The translations under genes and the position numbers were made by a program. Below the pieces are notes generated by a model. The model was not told where the DNA came from, did not search any database, and worked only from the letters and a program-made list of their open reading frames with translations. DNA of 64,000 nt from IMG/VR virus record IMGVR_UViG_3300028829_004911. The stretch is one strand, 5' to 3'. The first letter of the stretch is position 1; every line of letters begins with the position of its first letter. This stretch comes from a virus. This document shows, in pieces, positions 17,312-24,577 of the stretch.

Positions 17312-17556
17312 TAGCTATTCTTATCGCCCGTCCAATAAGTCACGTCATTGAAGATCTAACAAAAGATGGTGCAGAATTTATAGATAGAGATCGTATGCAT
17401 GGTATCTGGCGCGGAAGTGAATTCAAAATATTTCATGCATATAGGAGAGGACACGCGGAACGGTTATGCGGGCACGTATTCACAGATTTTGCATGTTTCG
17501 GACGCATAGATCCAGAGGTACTTCACTACACAAAAACACGGGTAAGAAGATTATGA
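17308..17556 (+). CDS. Hypothetical protein
   Basis: Track ORF 17254..17556 trimmed to the coupled ATG at 17308. Confidence 0.5.
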   Translation: MIAILIARPISHVIEDLTKDGAEFIDRDRMHGIWRGSEFKIFHAYRRGHAERLCGHVFTDFACFGRIDPEVLHYTKTRVRRL

Positions 17557-18206
17557 TTAGATTTATTGGCGACATTCACGGCAAGCTGGATGAATACGAG
17601 ACATTTCTTGATGCGGATGAAACCGTGCAGATTGGTGACTTCGGATTCGGTTGGTTCAACGATTCCCGACTGAACAAGATCGAAGGGTGGCACAGCAATA
17701 AACTGCTTGGCGATCACAAGTTCATTCGGGGCAATCACGATGATCCCGAACAGTGTATGAACGCTACAGGATGGATCAAGGACGGCACTTTCGACGCAGA
17801 GCGCAGCATCATGTATGTTGGCGGAGCATGGTCGATTGACTGGAAAATGCGCACGCCTGGCGTATCTTGGTGGCCTGACGAAGAACTTTCAGGGCGTGAG
17901 TTTATGGATATACACAATCAGTACGTAAAAAACAAACCGCGTATCATGGTAACACACGACTGCCCTGATGACGCAGCGCTGGCGATGTTTACATTCCCTA
18001 ATTACTTTGGAGATTTTCGCAGCACACGCACTGGTGGAGCTTTGCGTGACATGTTTTATGTCCACAAGCCGGACCTGTGGATATTCGGACACTGGCACAC
18101 ACCGCGCGACGTCACGCTGGATGGAACACGTTTCCTATGTCTAGCAGAGCTTGAGGCCGTCGACGTCGATCCAGAAACTTTGGAAGTTTCCTTTGTTGAC
18201 AACTAA
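17553..18206 (+). CDS. Calcineurin-like metallophosphoesterase
   Basis: GDIHG, GDFGFG, GNHDD, HDCP and GHWH motifs. ATGA-coupled ATG at 17553. Confidence 0.85.
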   Translation: MIRFIGDIHGKLDEYETFLDADETVQIGDFGFGWFNDSRLNKIEGWHSNKLLGDHKFIRGNHDDPEQCMNATGWIKDGTFDAERSIMYVGGAWSIDWKMRTPGVSWWPDEELSGREFMDIHNQYVKNKPRIMVTHDCPDDAALAMFTFPNYFGDFRSTRTGGALRDMFYVHKPDLWIFGHWHTPRDVTLDGTRFLCLAELEAVDVDPETLEVSFVDN

Positions 18207-18255
18207 ACTGGTAGCGCCTATACAGGTTATATCGAAACGAATCGGAGGACTTAAT

Positions 18256-18372
18256 ATGAAACATGCTTTTGAACAACTTGCATTGATGACAGCGGTGACG
18301 CTGGGACTGGTGACAGCACCGCACGCGCTGTATTACGACAATCCACGTCTTGTGTTGGGATACTGGAAATGA
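18256..18372 (+). CDS. Hypothetical 38-aa membrane peptide
   Basis: ATG behind GGAGGA. Part of track ORF 18151..18372. Confidence 0.45.
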   Translation: MKHAFEQLALMTAVTLGLVTAPHALYYDNPRLVLGYWK

Positions 18373-18797
18373 GCGCACCAAATGTAATTAAACAGGCATG
18401 GTACTTCCGCGCCGATGCACAAAACAATTTTGGCAAAGCCGTGTATTTGTTCGGCGACAACTGCAAACGCAGAGGCTATGGTGGGCAGGCAAAAGAAATG
18501 CGGGACGAACCAAACGCAATCGGCATCGCCACGAAGAACACACCAACGTCTGGTAGTAATGCTTATTTCAGTGACGATGACTTTATTGAGAACTGTCGTG
18601 TAATTGCTACAGACTTCCGAGCCGCCTTTCAAGCACGAGATGACGGATTGATCGTAATCTTCCCAACCGATGGACTCGGTACAGGGTTGTCCGAGTTACC
18701 TAAACGCGCTCCGCGCACAAACGCATTCCTTGACGAAATCGTGGAAATGCTCTTCTCAGGAGGACAACCCGCATGGAAGCAGATTCTGAACGATTAA
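18369..18797 (+). CDS. Conserved-looking hypothetical protein
   Basis: Track ORF. FGDN..RRGYGGQA..PNAIGIATK and GLGTGLSEL motifs, family not recognised. Confidence 0.75.
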   Translation: MSAPNVIKQAWYFRADAQNNFGKAVYLFGDNCKRRGYGGQAKEMRDEPNAIGIATKNTPTSGSNAYFSDDDFIENCRVIATDFRAAFQARDDGLIVIFPTDGLGTGLSELPKRAPRTNAFLDEIVEMLFSGGQPAWKQILND

Positions 18798-19972
18798 ATC
18801 CTGAATGGCTACAAGGCCCGCTACGCGGGCTATTGGAAACACTCAACAATGATGGCTTTGAAGCCTTCGCTGTTGGTGGATGCGTACGTGATGCTGTCAT
18901 GGGACGCCCATGTAACGACATCGACGTGTCAACCAACGCCACACCTGATCAAGTTTTCAACACGCTTTACGCTGCTAGGTGGAGAATGGTTCCTACAGGG
19001 GTTGAGCACGGCACATGGACAGCGGTCAAAGATCGTCACACATTCGAGGTGACAACTTACCGTCGCGATGTGGCTACAGACGGACGTCGTGCCACCATTG
19101 CATACGCTGATACCATGAACCAAGACGCTGAGCGCAGGGACTTCACCATGAACGCGCTGTACATGGACCTGAACGGGGAAGTATATGACCCAACAAGAAC
19201 AGGCATTGAAGACGCCAAAGCAGGTCGTATCCGATTCGTTGGCGACGCTGCCACACGATGCCGCGAAGACTACCTACGCATATTGCGATTCTACCGATTC
19301 AATGCGACGCACGGCTTCGACAACATGGACAAAGATGGTATGATAGCATGCGAAGCGTACGCTGCCGGACTAAAAGACATATCGCGTGAGCGTGTGCTGA
19401 TGGAGATGCAGAAGCTGTTATCTGCTGTTAATACGCGGTTCGACAATCCGTCAACAAACAACGCCCATCTGTGGCTGGTACTTACCCGCATGCAGTCGCA
19501 TGGGGTGTTGGATGAAGTGTTCCCGCACGGACACACACTGTATAATCTGTTTGATCTACTGAGCGGCGAAAGTGATTTTGGCGGCACGAACACCGACTGG
19601 CGCACGCGTTTATATACTGTATGCGGCAAAAACGTACCGCTACCGTTGGCGAAAAAAGATCGCGTGTTCGTCGAAACGCTGGCGACTTTGTACAGCAATC
19701 CACAGACGCTGTCCCTCGAAGCGTTGGCACAGGTGCACGGCATGCCGCTTGCGCGCGAGCTGGGGTATCTGCGCAAAGACGACTTTACTGGCAGAGCCTT
19801 GCAAGTGGCTTCTGAACAGAAATTTCCTGTGAAAGCAGTAGATTTCATGGATAGGGGGTTTACACAGGGACAAGAACTTGGTAAAGCAATCCGACAGGCC
19901 AGAGAATTTTGGCTGCACAGAAACATGGCGGCAACACGTGACGAGTGCATCGCTGCAGTTATGGGTGACTGA
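18773..19972 (+). CDS. cca: tRNA nucleotidyltransferase (CCA-adding enzyme, class II)
   Basis: GGCVRD..G....DIDV, GVEHGT, TYRRD, RRDFTMNA and ED.LRILRF.RF motifs. Confidence 0.9.
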   Translation: MEADSERLNPEWLQGPLRGLLETLNNDGFEAFAVGGCVRDAVMGRPCNDIDVSTNATPDQVFNTLYAARWRMVPTGVEHGTWTAVKDRHTFEVTTYRRDVATDGRRATIAYADTMNQDAERRDFTMNALYMDLNGEVYDPTRTGIEDAKAGRIRFVGDAATRCREDYLRILRFYRFNATHGFDNMDKDGMIACEAYAAGLKDISRERVLMEMQKLLSAVNTRFDNPSTNNAHLWLVLTRMQSHGVLDEVFPHGHTLYNLFDLLSGESDFGGTNTDWRTRLYTVCGKNVPLPLAKKDRVFVETLATLYSNPQTLSLEALAQVHGMPLARELGYLRKDDFTGRALQVASEQKFPVKAVDFMDRGFTQGQELGKAIRQAREFWLHRNMAATRDECIAAVMGD

Positions 19973-19973
19973 T

Positions 19974-20303
19974 ATGAATGTGCGCAATGTAGAAGAAGTA
20001 GTTGTCCACGGATTCAATTTGACAATAGACCACAACATAGGACACCTTGTGGTATATCACGATGGAAATATCACATGGGACCAGCTACAGGCTGTGAAAG
20101 ATTTTTTGTGGGGGCCGGAAACCGCCGCCATAGAGGTCTACCCACCCGCTTCTAAAGTGGTGCACAGTGTCAATGCTCGCCACCTGTGGCGTTTAGGCAG
20201 CGGCGAATTCTATCCAGATATGCTTGGAGAAGATCGTGGAGCGGACACTCTCCAATCCAGATACGTCCGAACATGGACCGCAGATACGGAGGACAACACA
20301 TAA
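19974..20303 (+). CDS. Hypothetical protein
   Basis: Track ORF 19878..20303 trimmed to the ATG just after the cca stop. Confidence 0.7.
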   Translation: MNVRNVEEVVVHGFNLTIDHNIGHLVVYHDGNITWDQLQAVKDFLWGPETAAIEVYPPASKVVHSVNARHLWRLGSGEFYPDMLGEDRGADTLQSRYVRTWTADTEDNT

Positions 20304-20653
20304 TGTCAATTGAACCTACCTGTGACTTCTGTAATGCCAGCGACAAGTTTCGCTGCAAAACAACAAATGATGCCGCCGGGTGCGAAAGCTACCGTAAGCA
20401 GAACCGCATCCGCGCCTCGATAGGTGGCACAGTCTCAGGACGTGTAAGCCATACTGAACCAAACATGGAAAGCCAACCCAAGGCTGGACAAGAAATTTCA
20501 ATCACGGTGCAGGGCCTACATGGACCAATAACCGTGATGGAATGCGGGACAAAGATTCTCGTACAACGCGACGGAGAATCTATCGCCGTCGATCCCGACG
20601 AGGCTGCGCAAATGATGACAGCACTCAACCAAATCCTAAAACTACGAAAGTGA
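20303..20653 (+). CDS. Hypothetical protein
   Basis: TAATG-coupled ATG at 20303 within track ORF 20186..20653. Confidence 0.7.
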   Translation: MSIEPTCDFCNASDKFRCKTTNDAAGCESYRKQNRIRASIGGTVSGRVSHTEPNMESQPKAGQEISITVQGLHGPITVMECGTKILVQRDGESIAVDPDEAAQMMTALNQILKLRK

Positions 20654-20657
20654 GAAC

Positions 20658-21029
20658 ATGAACACACAACCACAAGTAAGCGTATCCGACATGGTTCTGG
20701 ATTCCGTGAGCGATTCCATCGCGACGGTAAAGAGCATGCTCGGCCTCAAAACAACCACCGAAGTCCTTCCCTTCATGAAGGTCGTCATAGCCTGTCGCTC
20801 GTTAAATGGCGACGCACATGAACAGGTTGTGAAGCCAATCGTCGCTGGCATTCTCGAACAGGTCGAACTGAACCCGGTCGAAAACGCCGCTGACCGTGAG
20901 AAAGCTGTGGAATATGCGGAGCTTATCGCACTGTCCATATCGGACGCGACGCAGCTTATCTATCAGGAGATGCAGCGCCAGGTGCAAGAGCGTGCACAAG
21001 CCTCTGGACAAATCCCACTGGGCAGTTAA
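20658..21029 (+). CDS. Hypothetical protein
   Basis: Track ORF. Confidence 0.75.
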   Translation: MNTQPQVSVSDMVLDSVSDSIATVKSMLGLKTTTEVLPFMKVVIACRSLNGDAHEQVVKPIVAGILEQVELNPVENAADREKAVEYAELIALSISDATQLIYQEMQRQVQERAQASGQIPLGS

Positions 21030-21059
21030 AGAAAAATGATCCTGTCCGCAATTTAGTTG

Positions 21060-21089
21060 TTGACAGGATCACACACCCCTGCGTATACA
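21060..21089 (+). promoter_or_regulatory. Sigma70-like promoter embedded in a 9-bp inverted repeat
   Basis: TTGACA, 18 nt, TATACA. GATCCTGTC (21038-46) and GACAGGATC (21062-70) overlap the -35. Confidence 0.5.
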
Positions 21090-21122
21090 GGGTACACGAA
21101 ACGAGGATTGTTATGAAGCGCT

Positions 21123-21183
21123 CACATGTGTCGGCATACTTCTAATTTTCTTTTTTGAGTAGAGCACAAAGCCTCACGCTTTG
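21123..21183 (+). repeat. Leader repeat copy 1: CACATGTG-N2-GGCATACTTCTA, then hairpin CAAAGC-CTCAC-GCTTTG
   Basis: Read directly. Same two-part unit recurs at 21408-21463. CATACTTCTA alone recurs at 21232-21241. Confidence 0.85.
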
Positions 21184-21252
21184 GCGCTTCTTATCAGTCC
21201 TCGGATTTATGAAAGAGAACGCATTCGTTGACATACTTCTAACAATGGTCAA

Positions 21253-21328
21253 CCTGCGGGTCGTTGGTTCGAATCCAACCTCGGTGCTTGCATCGGGTAG
21301 CTCAGTTGGTAGAGCAGCAGGCTTTAAA
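21253..21328 (+). ncRNA. Circularly permuted tRNA-like element (T arm, then acceptor hairpin capped by CUUG, then D arm, then anticodon-loop-like tail)
   Basis: CCTGC/GCAGG and CTCGGTG/CATCGGG pair. Canonical GTTGG-TTCGAAT-CCAAC and GCTC-AGTTGGTA-GAGC arms. No conventional partner halves nearby. Confidence 0.7.
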
Positions 21329-21407
21329 AGTCGCGAGCTTGTTCTTTTTTATAAATTCGAGATTGACAATATACCACCAATCAAATAGGTGGAACGTAAT
21401 ATCCGAC

Positions 21408-21463
21408 CGCATGTGATGGCATACTTCTATCATGCATTTTAGCAAAGCAAAGCCTCACGCTTT
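21408..21463 (+). repeat. Leader repeat copy 2: CGCATGTG-N2-GGCATACTTCTA, then hairpin AAAGC-CTCAC-GCTTT
   Basis: Direct repeat of 21123-21183. Ends 30 nt before the 21493 start. Confidence 0.85.
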
Positions 21464-21492
21464 AGTCGGACCAAAATAGAAGGAGACGCAAG

Positions 21493-23640
21493 ATGATCGA
21501 CGCCCGCATTATGAGCCTTTTTGGTGCAGTTCTCGTTGAGGACAACGTACCAGCAAACGAAAACGAAGCCACAGTTGTGGACATCGCCGCCTTGGCGCTT
21601 GAATACCGCTACTCGCTGACACCTGAATTCGTTCAGAAGTTGGAAGCGATGACCGGAACCCAGCGTGGCACGATCTTCATACGCATCGGCGAAGCGCTCT
21701 CCACAAACATCGACGGCATCTCGGCGAAGACCTCGCCACTGTACCGACAGTTTCCAAATCACACTATCGTGCCTCTTGAAGCACGTATTTCTGTGTGGAT
21801 GCTGCGTGCACTCGGAGCCGCCCTCGAATTTGACGCACGTGTATATGGTGCTGACCCGGTAACAGGGTTCCAAAGCGACATGCATGGCGCAAACGTGGAC
21901 TTCGATAACGAATACACGCTCGAATTCAAGGCAGAAAAGGGTAACTCTCGCCGCAAGATTCGCTTCTTGAAGCCAATGTCCCATGCGGATTTGGGCGACA
22001 AGGCTGCGGCAATGCTGGGCAACCTAACACCATTCACACCGACCGAACTGGCTTTCGTCAAGTGGTCACTGGATGCTGACATTGTATCGAGTGAAGTTGT
22101 ACGCAACGTGAAGTTCCGCGAAAAGCTGCCCTTGGTAGCCGCAGACCTCTCAGCGGATGTGTATGCCTCTCTCTGTAACTCTGTCACAGATGTTTTACGT
22201 CTCGCTGTACACCTGTCTGGAACGCAAGTCGTTCGCAAGACCGGAACCGGATGGCGCGCACACCTCGTATCCAATGTAACAGTGGAGCCAGACTTGTCTC
22301 TCAACATGAATCCACGCTTCAAGTTGAACAAGAACCAAGGCAAGAAGATGATGAAGATCATCGACGCAATCTTGGAACGCGGCAACACCGATCACGAAAC
22401 AGACTTCATGCGTAACGTTGAATTCTGGAAGCGCTTTGCATCCCACGTTGCAAGCAACCGCCACAACAAGGTCGCGCCGCGTGCCGCCGAAGTCCTGCGC
22501 ACCCTCCGCAAGGGAAACATGCAGTCGTGGGAGCAAAAGTATGCTGCCGCACCTATCGGCTTGAAGATCGATATGGCAATGCAGCGTCCGGGCGAGCTTG
22601 CTCGTCGTATGACTGCGCTTAGCCGTGCAGTTGATGCCGAAGGAAAAGGCCGCAACCGTTTGATCAGCGCCGCGCGTACAGCGTTGCCTGAGGTAAACGC
22701 GATGACATTGCTACAGCTTAACACGCACATGGCGAAAACGGCTAACACCGTGAATCGTTTTCACGCGCTGCCTAACGGCACGTTGATGAAGTCTGAGCGT
22801 GGACGTGAGCCTATCCCGTTTACGGTTAAGGCGGACCTTGAAAAGCACCTTCGCGAACGTCTCGCAGGGACCCTGTCTTTCAGCCGCAAGGGTATTCCAT
22901 CGGATGCCTACGGTATGTTCGTACCTGTCGGTGGTCGCAATGCTTCTGAGGGGGACACGCGTTCCAATCGCGGCGACCGTGTGAAACTGTCCTTCGAAGA
23001 TTCGGATACAATTCGCTTCTTCTTGCATTGGCACGAAAGCTGTGACGTAGACATGTCAGCGGTCGCGTACAATGAAGATTTGGACAAGCTGTTTGATTGT
23101 GCCTATTACAATCTGAATGGGACTGGGATGAAACATTCCGGCGACATTTTGAACGGAAGCAACGGCGCAGCGGAATACATTGACATTGACGTGGCGAAAG
23201 CTAAAGAACGCGGTGTTCGTTATATCCTCATGAACGCGAACGTGTACAGTGGAAACAACTTCGATACGTTTGAATGTAATGTTGGTCTGATGATCCGCGA
23301 CGGGCAAACGGGGCACCACTTCGAGTGCTCAACCGTGGAAAGCAAAATGTCTTTGGACAGCGCCAACCGTAACTGCACGCCAGCCCTGCTGGACCTAGAT
23401 ACGGGTGAAATGATCTATGTTGACCTATCCGGCAACTGGAACCAAGGCGCGAACGTCCACGCCAAGGCTGGAACGCTGAAAGAAACGTTGGATTATTTTG
23501 TCAACTATGGCAAGTACCGCACGTCTTTCGGGGATATAATCGAGTATGCGGGCAGCGACGATCCAGATGCCCCAAAGGCAACGGTAGGTGCCCTACGCGC
23601 CGCACAAGACGAAATCTTGGCTGAAATGGCTGACGCATAA
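21493..23640 (+). CDS. Large protein with a C-terminal TerD-like domain
   Basis: RBS AGAAGGAGA. C-terminal FFLHW..DVDMSAVAY..HSGDILNGSNGAAEYIDIDV..ILMNANVYSG.NF resembles TerD. N-terminal ~500 aa not recognised. Confidence 0.85.
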   Translation: MIDARIMSLFGAVLVEDNVPANENEATVVDIAALALEYRYSLTPEFVQKLEAMTGTQRGTIFIRIGEALSTNIDGISAKTSPLYRQFPNHTIVPLEARISVWMLRALGAALEFDARVYGADPVTGFQSDMHGANVDFDNEYTLEFKAEKGNSRRKIRFLKPMSHADLGDKAAAMLGNLTPFTPTELAFVKWSLDADIVSSEVVRNVKFREKLPLVAADLSADVYASLCNSVTDVLRLAVHLSGTQVVRKTGTGWRAHLVSNVTVEPDLSLNMNPRFKLNKNQGKKMMKIIDAILERGNTDHETDFMRNVEFWKRFASHVASNRHNKVAPRAAEVLRTLRKGNMQSWEQKYAAAPIGLKIDMAMQRPGELARRMTALSRAVDAEGKGRNRLISAARTALPEVNAMTLLQLNTHMAKTANTVNRFHALPNGTLMKSERGREPIPFTVKADLEKHLRERLAGTLSFSRKGIPSDAYGMFVPVGGRNASEGDTRSNRGDRVKLSFEDSDTIRFFLHWHESCDVDMSAVAYNEDLDKLFDCAYYNLNGTGMKHSGDILNGSNGAAEYIDIDVAKAKERGVRYILMNANVYSGNNFDTFECNVGLMIRDGQTGHHFECSTVESKMSLDSANRNCTPALLDLDTGEMIYVDLSGNWNQGANVHAKAGTLKETLDYFVNYGKYRTSFGDIIEYAGSDDPDAPKATVGALRAAQDEILAEMADA

Positions 23641-23645
23641 GAACT

Positions 23646-23680
23646 GACCCCGATTCTGCGGGTCTTTTCATTTTTGGAGG
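23646..23680 (+). terminator. Rho-independent terminator candidate
   Basis: GACCC-N9-GGGTC followed by TTTTCATTTTT. Confidence 0.5.
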
Positions 23681-23709
23681 TTGCGAATCGTTTCATAATT
23701 TCCTATATA
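23681..23709 (+). promoter_or_regulatory. Sigma70-like promoter, TTGCGAATCG variant
   Basis: TTGCGA, 17 nt, TATATA. Confidence 0.6.
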
Positions 23710-23745
23710 CGTTTCAATTGAAATGAAATGATTTGGAGATTTCAC

Positions 23746-24054
23746 ATGATCGAACTTGACGACAGAACTTTTATGCCCACACTGAAAGTATCATCACCGA
23801 TGCTAGTAATGTTTCATGCAAAATGGGCAGGGCCTTGCAATCTGGCGTTACCTAACTTCCAATCAGTGGCACAACGCCGAGGCAATGAAGTTATATTTGC
23901 TACGTTCGATCTTGAAGACAATCCTAAAATTCCTGCGGCGTATAACGTGCGAGCACTTCCTTTATTTCTTTCTTTCTTCGATGGAAAGCCTGTCGGAATG
24001 AAAGCAGGCGCAATCACGGAAGAGTTGATAGAGAGTATGTGCGATGCCGATTAA
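23746..24054 (+). CDS. Thioredoxin-fold protein with a WAGPC motif (first active-site Cys absent)
   Basis: Aligns to E. coli Trx FWAEWCGPC..IRGIPTLLLF as FHAKWAGPC..VRALPLFLSF. ATG behind GGAGA. Confidence 0.85.
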   Translation: MIELDDRTFMPTLKVSSPMLVMFHAKWAGPCNLALPNFQSVAQRRGNEVIFATFDLEDNPKIPAAYNVRALPLFLSFFDGKPVGMKAGAITEELIESMCDAD

Positions 24055-24577
24055 AGAGGACCCCAAGGCTCTTTGGGAAATTCTCGTCCCTTGCCAATAT
24101 AACGACGGCACTCCGGTTACCACCAAACACCACAAAGAGTGGGACCGAAAGGTGATGATGGTGTCCGGCGGACTGACCATCCTAAAACCCGTTACAGGGC
24201 AATGGTCCTTCGGGGGCAAAGTGTATCGGGACCGAAATATTCCTGTACGCATTCTCGGAACGGATGCTGATATTTCCAAGATAATTGGGATGACCATGAT
24301 GCATTACGAACAACTTGCCATCATCGCTTATACTATCAGTGAGCGTGCACAGGTATTCGAAACGCCTCAGGGAATGGTTGACAATTTTTTTTTCGAAAGG
24401 GATCAAATGGCGAGTGAAGATGTAAAGACGGCAGCAGCCGAAGCGTTGACGTATAATCGAATGGGTGGCGTAACTAAAGAAATGATCGAGGACATATGTT
24501 TTGACCATAAAGTCGATATGGGTGATGTTCTTGAAGAAATGGAATGGGGAAGAGACCACTATGACAACGTATCTTAA
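24044..24577 (+). CDS. Hypothetical protein
   Basis: Track ORF, overlaps both neighbours. Confidence 0.75.
   Translation: MPIKEDPKALWEILVPCQYNDGTPVTTKHHKEWDRKVMMVSGGLTILKPVTGQWSFGGKVYRDRNIPVRILGTDADISKIIGMTMMHYEQLAIIAYTISERAQVFETPQGMVDNFFFERDQMASEDVKTAAAEALTYNRMGGVTKEMIEDICFDHKVDMGDVLEEMEWGRDHYDNVS

Noticed and set aside
19291-19950. Long antisense ORFs inside strong plus-strand genes (also 21759..22388, 42124..42714, 46157..46852, 54335..54898, 24182..24784)
   Set aside because: They lie opposite genes with clear family motifs (cca, TerD protein, Rnl2, SNF2, helicase). Their translations are Ser/Arg/Cys-rich and lack RBS, which is typical of shadow ORFs.
21253-21290. tRNA 3' half as an attP core for the integrase
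   Set aside because: The recombinase gene is 19 kb away, and the 3' half is fused through a 4-nt loop to a matching 5' half. An att core would not need that. This is not excluded, only less parsimonious.
21317-21328. Ochre-suppressor tRNA (the loop CTTTAAA would give anticodon UUA) implying TAA recoding
   Set aside because: Many well-supported genes here end in TAA (for example 10661, 20303, 23640, 28628), so TAA is a functioning stop. The element also lacks a conventional gene order, so an anticodon reading is not justified.
21493-23640. Calling the 715-aa protein a Ro60/TROVE ortholog
   Set aside because: Only short, weak resemblances to remembered TROVE motifs. The C-terminus is TerD-like rather than vWA. 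The Ro analogy is kept as a hypothesis only.
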